Below, piece by piece: positions 57,984-64,000 of a stretch of 64,000 nucleotides of DNA; positions within the stretch are counted from its first letter, which is position 1, and each line of letters opens with the position of its first letter. Made by a program: the position numbers and the translations under genes. The notes under the pieces were generated by a model. The model saw only the letters and a list, made by a program, of their open reading frames with translations. It was not told where the DNA came from and made no database searches. This DNA comes from Antedon mediterranea (taxonomy: Eukaryota; Animalia; Echinodermata): positions 25,144,912 to 25,208,911 of the forward strand of contig NC_092675.1 of NCBI RefSeq assembly GCF_964355755.1, read 5' to 3'.

Positions 57984-58563
57984 TTTATTTCAGTATATAA
58001 GATTGATTGTTATTATTGCTTATTAACACTGAGTACTGTTTCTGTAAAGTAAATACATAGGATATAGGTATAGTAGTACAAGCAGTATAGCAATTGGTTA
58101 AAAAAAAAATATGAATGCTATGGTCTAGTGGATACTACATTCGGGAAATTCCCAATAAAAATGTGAAATATGACCTTTGACATTTATCTAAACGCATACA
58201 ATGTTCTGTCTGTAGAAATTACATTACATAAATACTAAATATTTAGTTTCAGTAATGATTAAACACCGATTAAAGTAGTTGATCCCTCCCTAAATACCAA
58301 GAACACCTTTTCAATAGTTTTAAAATTTTGGCTTTGGTTAGATACAGCACTTCTCTAGGCGGTGTGTGACCGAAACAGCCGCCGACTGAAACGGCCGCCA
58401 ACATTTTCTATGGGACGCCAATACCGCCACAGCTACAACAAGCCAATGCAGTATTATAAACGTACAGTAAAGCCTATGAAACCATGATGGAGGAACAAAT
58501 AAATGAAACCAACCAATATATGTTTAAAAATAAAATCAAAGAATAAACATATTTTTTAGTTAA

Positions 58564-60901
58564 AGACCCCTTCCCTGCAATTTTCGACATTTTTTGGAAA
58601 ATAATATATATATATCACTTTAAAAACATTAAACCATGTCATTCCTTGTCTTAAATGTACGTTTTATGGTAAATTATGATAAAAAGTGAGAAACAATGCA
58701 CTACCTAGTAGCTCGCGGCGATCGACCTCTCGTGGACCAGGGCTCGATTTATCTTTTTCATGTTGCTAGCCCACTGGGCTAGTTCACTGTAGATTTCACT
58801 AGCCCATACATTATTTTACTAGCCCACTCATATCGCACCGTGATAGCAGGGCCACCATATAAATGAATACAGGCATTTTGTACAATCTTAACAATCGGGA
58901 ATTGCTACACATTTACATACATACTGTAATATTTCTTGAAAAATTACACAAAATTGTGGTCAAGTTCAATATTGAATATCGAAACGTGGCAGGCTGAAGG
59001 CGCTTGACCTTTGACAAGATCGCCTAATTTTTTAGTTTTAACTTTACAATACTTAGTGTTGTATATTCTGGTACAGCCGCTCCATGATCTCTTTGCTTTT
59101 CTTCCTTATATCTTTACTCTTTTTTAAAGTTTTACTAACGATTTTTATTTTATTTTATTATATTTATGTTTTTGCTTTATGTACACGACAACTAACGATC
59201 AAATAACAGTTTTTCACATCGCAACTTATACAACGTAATTTTGAAAACTTATACAACGTAATTTTGAAAACTACAACCATTTTTCTATATACATACAACG
59301 TACATTTCTAGTCTAACAAAAAAAATTTCTAAACTTTCTATTATTTAAAAGTCGAAGATAGCCAGGTCTCGGGTCCATTCTATTGTCGCCACAGATTGAT
59401 ATCTTCATCAGTACTTCTATGAATGGATGATTAGGTGGGAACACGAACGCTAGTTCATACCCAGTACCGTTTGATCGTACGATTAATCGGGAAACTACCA
59501 TACGAAATTGTATTTCTTTATTGTTCACATAAAAATTAACTTTGCGTCGCATAGTCTATTTCATGCTCACCACATTTACAGAATTGATTTATTGAGGTCT
59601 TTTTGTTGTTGGGCTTCAACCTAGCTGAGAAAACTTTTTAGATTCTGTCTACCTTAGGCCTAGCCTAACCCTAACCAACTCCCTGTCCTAACTAACCTGG
59701 CCCATATTAGATAACTGTAGTAAGGTAGCTAGGATAGACCTACCTAGATCGCATTGGAGCACCTGGCCTACTGCTACCAAAATGGTACTACCTAGCTGCT
59801 GAGCAGCCATCATGATGCCAAATTAACAATACAAACTCTTGTGTCTTGAGACTGCCTACTGAACCTATTGTCTTATTGAAGCTTACAGAGGCCTTTTATC
59901 ACTAAATGATTTATTTTTGGTTTTATTTTAAACAAATTAAAAAATACCAAGCTTTTTGGCTTTTGATTCTATCTAGGCCTACGCATTATAAAATATGGCC
60001 TCCATGGCCTACCTACAGCTGGTATAGAGCCAGCCACCCGGCCCTACAAAATATCCCTAGCTCTGATCTGTGACAACCAGGCCTGACAAGACCAGACAAG
60101 TTATTTTTAACATTGACAAAATTCTACTACATTTGGCCAATCACAATAACCTGAGTAACAAAAACATAATGGCCAATCATAATTCGGGAAATTTGCTTGA
60201 TTATGAGAGGCTCCGCCTACTTCATCTCTTGTTATGGCCACAGCAGCGCGCGAGTGGTTTTTTTTGCTGATGTTGCCAAGGCATGTCTTTTATGCTGGAA
60301 TTATTTTTATGAGGTCATTTCGTCCCAATTTCGAGTTCCCACAACTTACTAGCCATCCGGGCTTAAAGGAAAATACTTTAGGTAGCCCGGAGCTGTTTTT
60401 ACTAGCCATTGTACGCCGGGCTAGCACTAAATCGAGCCCTGTGGACGGTCTTAGGCCTAGCCTAGCTAGGCTTAGTTTTGTAGGCCTAGCTGGTAAACAT
60501 CAGTAACGTACGAACATCGTACGCTAGCTATATACCTACCTAGCCTGACGTTGTATAGTTGCTGCATTAATTGTCTTTCTATTTTTGCCAGACTCCGTTG
60601 ATACAAATTGGGGAAAACCCGGTATTTTCGCTGAAAAATTAGGAGTCTTCCATTTGTTTTGGCCTCACGATCGATCGAAAAGTGGGCGAATTACAGGTGA
60701 AAAACAAAAATATCAATCCACGCGCAATGCATTTTGGGATTTATAGCGGGCCGCTATAATTATTAGAATCGACTTATTTTTCACATTTTTAACCGTTTAA
60801 AGACGAAAAAAGTTATCGCAATAGAACCATATAGTATTATTTTTACATTAAATATAGTTTGTGATCTTAAATTAGATCTAAAAAACGTAGGGAAGGGGGC
60901 T
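58564..60901. mobile_element. Kolobok-like non-autonomous element
   Basis: TTAA TSD (58560-63, 60902-05); TIRs AGACCCCTTCCCT / AGGGAAGGGGGCT with a 5'-RR terminus. Confidence 0.8.
58738..60441. mobile_element. hAT-like non-autonomous element with a 5-bp TSD
   Basis: Perfect 14-bp TIRs CAGGGCTCGATTTA / TAAATCGAGCCCTG; tggac on both sides; ctagccc subterminal repeats. Confidence 0.85.
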
Positions 60902-61985
60902 TTAAGTTTTTATTAAAATAATGTTTATTATAATAATGTTTATTATAATAATTCACCATTCTAAATTTATTTAACGTATTCAAACAAATACTGTATTTTG
61001 TCCAATTTTAATTCTTTTCCTTACACTTTTACTGTATACATTTAAAAAATATATAAAAAACCCAACTATGTTTACACAATAGGCCTATTCATTATTATAC
61101 GATAGACATAATAATACATAAATAATTAAAAACATGTATCTGTTAATATTTATTAAGTCACATACGTCTAAAGTTATTTCAATCTGAAAAAAAGTAAAAC
61201 AATTGTATTAAACCACACGTCGTTTTGATTACATGTTGTATAACAAACGGCACGCGCAGCGTTTCATACATTCAAACGGCCGTTTCGACTGTAAACCCTC
61301 TAGGCTTAAGTTAGTTAACAATTGGAGTTGAAAGGAGACTAGGCCTAGCGCTGTTAATTACTAGGCCCTAGGCCTAGTTTAGGGCTAGCTAGGCTATATA
61401 TTATAGCGAGGCTTGGAATGTATTGTAGGCCTAACTAGCTAGCCTGGACTTATAGCTAGCTAGGCCAGGCCTAGCTGGCTAGATACAAAACATGGGCCAT
61501 GGCAACAAATTATTGCTTTGAAACTTTTTTATATAAATAGCAGAGAGAGTCAATTGTTGATTGTTGAGAATAGAACGTCCAAACAAATACAAAATAGATT
61601 ATTATTTTAAATAAAAGTCATATCAAAATGAGCTTAAGTAAGGCAAGGAGAGGGGGGTTATTACGAGAACATGTAAGTTAGCCTCTAGGTTTGTAGGCTA
61701 CATAACATGATGCTTGGAACAGAACACACGTGGGGGTCCGGCGCGGTTCGTCGAACACATGCATGATATTGATAAAGAAACAAAAACCACGAGGCATCAC
61801 ACCACCTGTAGGGTCCTTCTTGAATTGTAGGGTCCATCCCCATGTGGAGGACAATGAATGAGATGGCTCACATCAATTGAAACACAGGAAAATAAGCAAT
61901 AAATTGAAATTGTTCATATTGAACAAAAGCATAATAATGAATAGATTACGTATAAAATAAACAAAAAATATGGTTAAAGACTTAC

Positions 61986-62125
61986 AACATCACTCAGCAA
62001 GGAAGAAACGACGACGACACAACAACACACACGGACGGCGGCGATGATGGTGTCAAAAACTAGCCTACGTACCTAGAGACTATCTGTACTGCGCATGGGC
62101 ATGGGTGTAGCACGTGGTTATGAGT
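61986..62125 (-). promoter_or_regulatory. Putative vasa non-coding first exon and proximal promoter
   Basis: The vasa ATG exon starts at an acceptor (~58041). A minus-strand gtaag donor sits at 61981-85 after a CpG-rich segment. NRF1-like tgcgcatg (~62090) and E-box cacgtg (62111) lie just upstream. Confidence 0.55.
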
Positions 62126-63263
62126 GAATAGTCGATCGCGGTGGTGTAATCAAAAATAAATAAATCATTATTTAAATTTAGTGGCTTGCTGTACGTTTAT
62201 TATTATTAATCGAATGTAAATATGTAATTAAAATAATCTGTTGTTTATACATGCACCCTACTAATTGTGTTGTAATTTTCACTTTTCACATTTTTATCCA
62301 ATTATTAAAATAGATCAATAGCTGATTTTGTTATCCAATCCAGTCACATGATTAGAGTCCTAATGTAATGTTATGACCTAATTAACTACGATCATGTATT
62401 AATTGTTTTTTTTTTTTCATTTTTATTTGATTTTTTACTTTAATTTGTGCATTTCAAATTGATATTGTTTACATTATTTGATTGATTGATTTATTTTTAT
62501 TCATATGTCTACAGACTATTTTTTACTTGTGTTTTGCTAAGGTAGGCCTAACTTTATTTCACTCATTACACTGCTGTCTGTATGATTGTGGTAAGATCTG
62601 ACCCTACCAGTTAATTGTGCCATAATTACATGTTATATAAACTTCGTCATCATTATTATCATCCATGTTAAATCATGTAGTCTAGTCACAGTGTAAGACC
62701 GTATCATCTGATTTGGTGATAACACATAGATTAGGGCATTGTACATCCGAGTCATGATTTAATAAATAAAAGAAATATTATTAAAGTCGCATACTCATTA
62801 AATTACTCACATGTGTTATGTGTGTAATGACGAATTGAGTCATAGATACGTATGTAAAAAAAATAAAACAAAAATACTATGTCGAAATTTCAATATATAC
62901 GTATGTCGAAATTTCAACATTTTTCATTTATTTTTTATTTATTTATTTTTTTGTTTTGCTATGTCGAAATTTCGTGTGGCGAGATTAGGCTTTCGTCGTA
63001 CATACGTAGTTATAAACAAAGAGAGAAGTTAAGTACAATTAGGTCCTACTGCTTTTCGGGGTTTTCCTTAAATTAAACTATAAAACTGTAATAATAATAT
63101 CCAGTCAACGTTGTTCTTATTGTTCAACTGAGTTTTTTATAAATGTGCTTATCAGAACAATTTACCCAAAAATATCCAACACACTCAGACTGCAGAGTAG
63201 TCTCCCATGGAGTAGGCATAGGCCTAGGCTACTAGACCCAAAGATTGCACTGAAAATACCAAT

Positions 63264-63345
63264 GGTATCTGACCAGTTTGCCGACTCCCAGTTTACCGAC
63301 TCCAGTTTTCCGACTCCAGTTTGCTGAATCTCAATTTGCCGACTT
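63264..63345. repeat. Short ccagttt(g/a/t)ccgact tandem repeats, probably one end of a DNA transposon
   Basis: About five ~14-15 bp units; no partner TIR seen in the window. Confidence 0.5.
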
Positions 63346-64000
63346 GCTATGTAAATAGTCGCACACGAAAAAACCCACATTGCCAAAAAAAAATAAAACT
63401 ATGGAAAATCGTACTTTAATTAATGGTTTATATTGCTTAAGATAACAAATTGTTCAATTTGTAAGTTTAATTATTTATAGGTTTATTTAGTATACCTGTA
63501 TATCAACATTGGTTCATAAAATTGTTGTTTTTTTCGACAGATACCTTATGACACTCACGTCAATCATGGAGGTATGCCTCCATGCGTCAATCATAATGTT
63601 ACCGTATATGTTCAGTAATCAAATATCATGTCACGCTTGATTAGGTCCTGAACCCGGAAGTAGGTTAAGGTCGGTAAATAATAATAGTAAAATAACGATA
63701 GGACTGATAGTACAGACAGGCAGTGTTATAAAGTAAAGTTAGTTTCACACTGAATAAGTGTAATCAATTATTTAAAAAGCTGTTTGTTTATATTGATTAA
63801 ATGGATAACACAATCCATACAAAAAAACCGATGATACCAGCAGCTATTCAACGTTCAAAACAGTACTAATTGGAAGCCAATAGTTGTACCAGCTCTAGAT
63901 TAAAGTATAGTTGGTAAGTATTATCATTCCTCCATGGTATTATGTTACATACTTAAGCGGTCTATGAGAACACAGAGATATTATAGTGAACATCTCTATG

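Larger units (their letters stand above)
58361..61297. mobile_element. Outer TIR element (GG...CC ends, 8-bp TSD; Merlin- or MULE-like)
   Basis: ctctaggc at 58353-60 and 61298-305; degenerate TIRs ggtgtgtgaccgaaacagcc / ggccgtttcgactgtaaacc. Confidence 0.65.

Noticed and set aside
61660-61900. Possible intronic snoRNA or extra vasa 5' exon
   Set aside because: GC-richer, but I could not identify convincing C/D or H/ACA box arrangements or a splice-site pair.

Overview
AT-rich animal genomic DNA with spliceosomal introns. It is probably a non-vertebrate deuterostome such as an echinoderm, but that is an inference from protein similarity and a Deu/Nin-type SINE. I rebuilt four genes by hand from GT-AG junctions, and each exon set sums to a multiple of 3. 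(1) A class IA PI3K regulatory subunit, p85/PIK3R1-like (minus, 3676-23540, 20 coding exons, ~970 aa), carries an extra C1-SAM-C1 module between SH3 and RhoGAP. (2) Fukutin (plus, 26420-33127) lies head-to-head with p85. (3) Dihydropyrimidine dehydrogenase, DPYD (plus, 34904-46660). (4) Vasa/DDX4 (minus, 49638-57983) has FG repeats and five CCHC zinc knuckles. Introns hold many non-autonomous DNA transposons (one nested three deep), three Deu/Nin-type tRNA-SINEs, a 5'-truncated RTE-like LINE with an open RT frame, and a Penelope-like remnant with a hammerhead-ribozyme core. Both p85 and fukutin have tandem arrays just after the stop codon. All coordinates were read by eye and no database searches were run.
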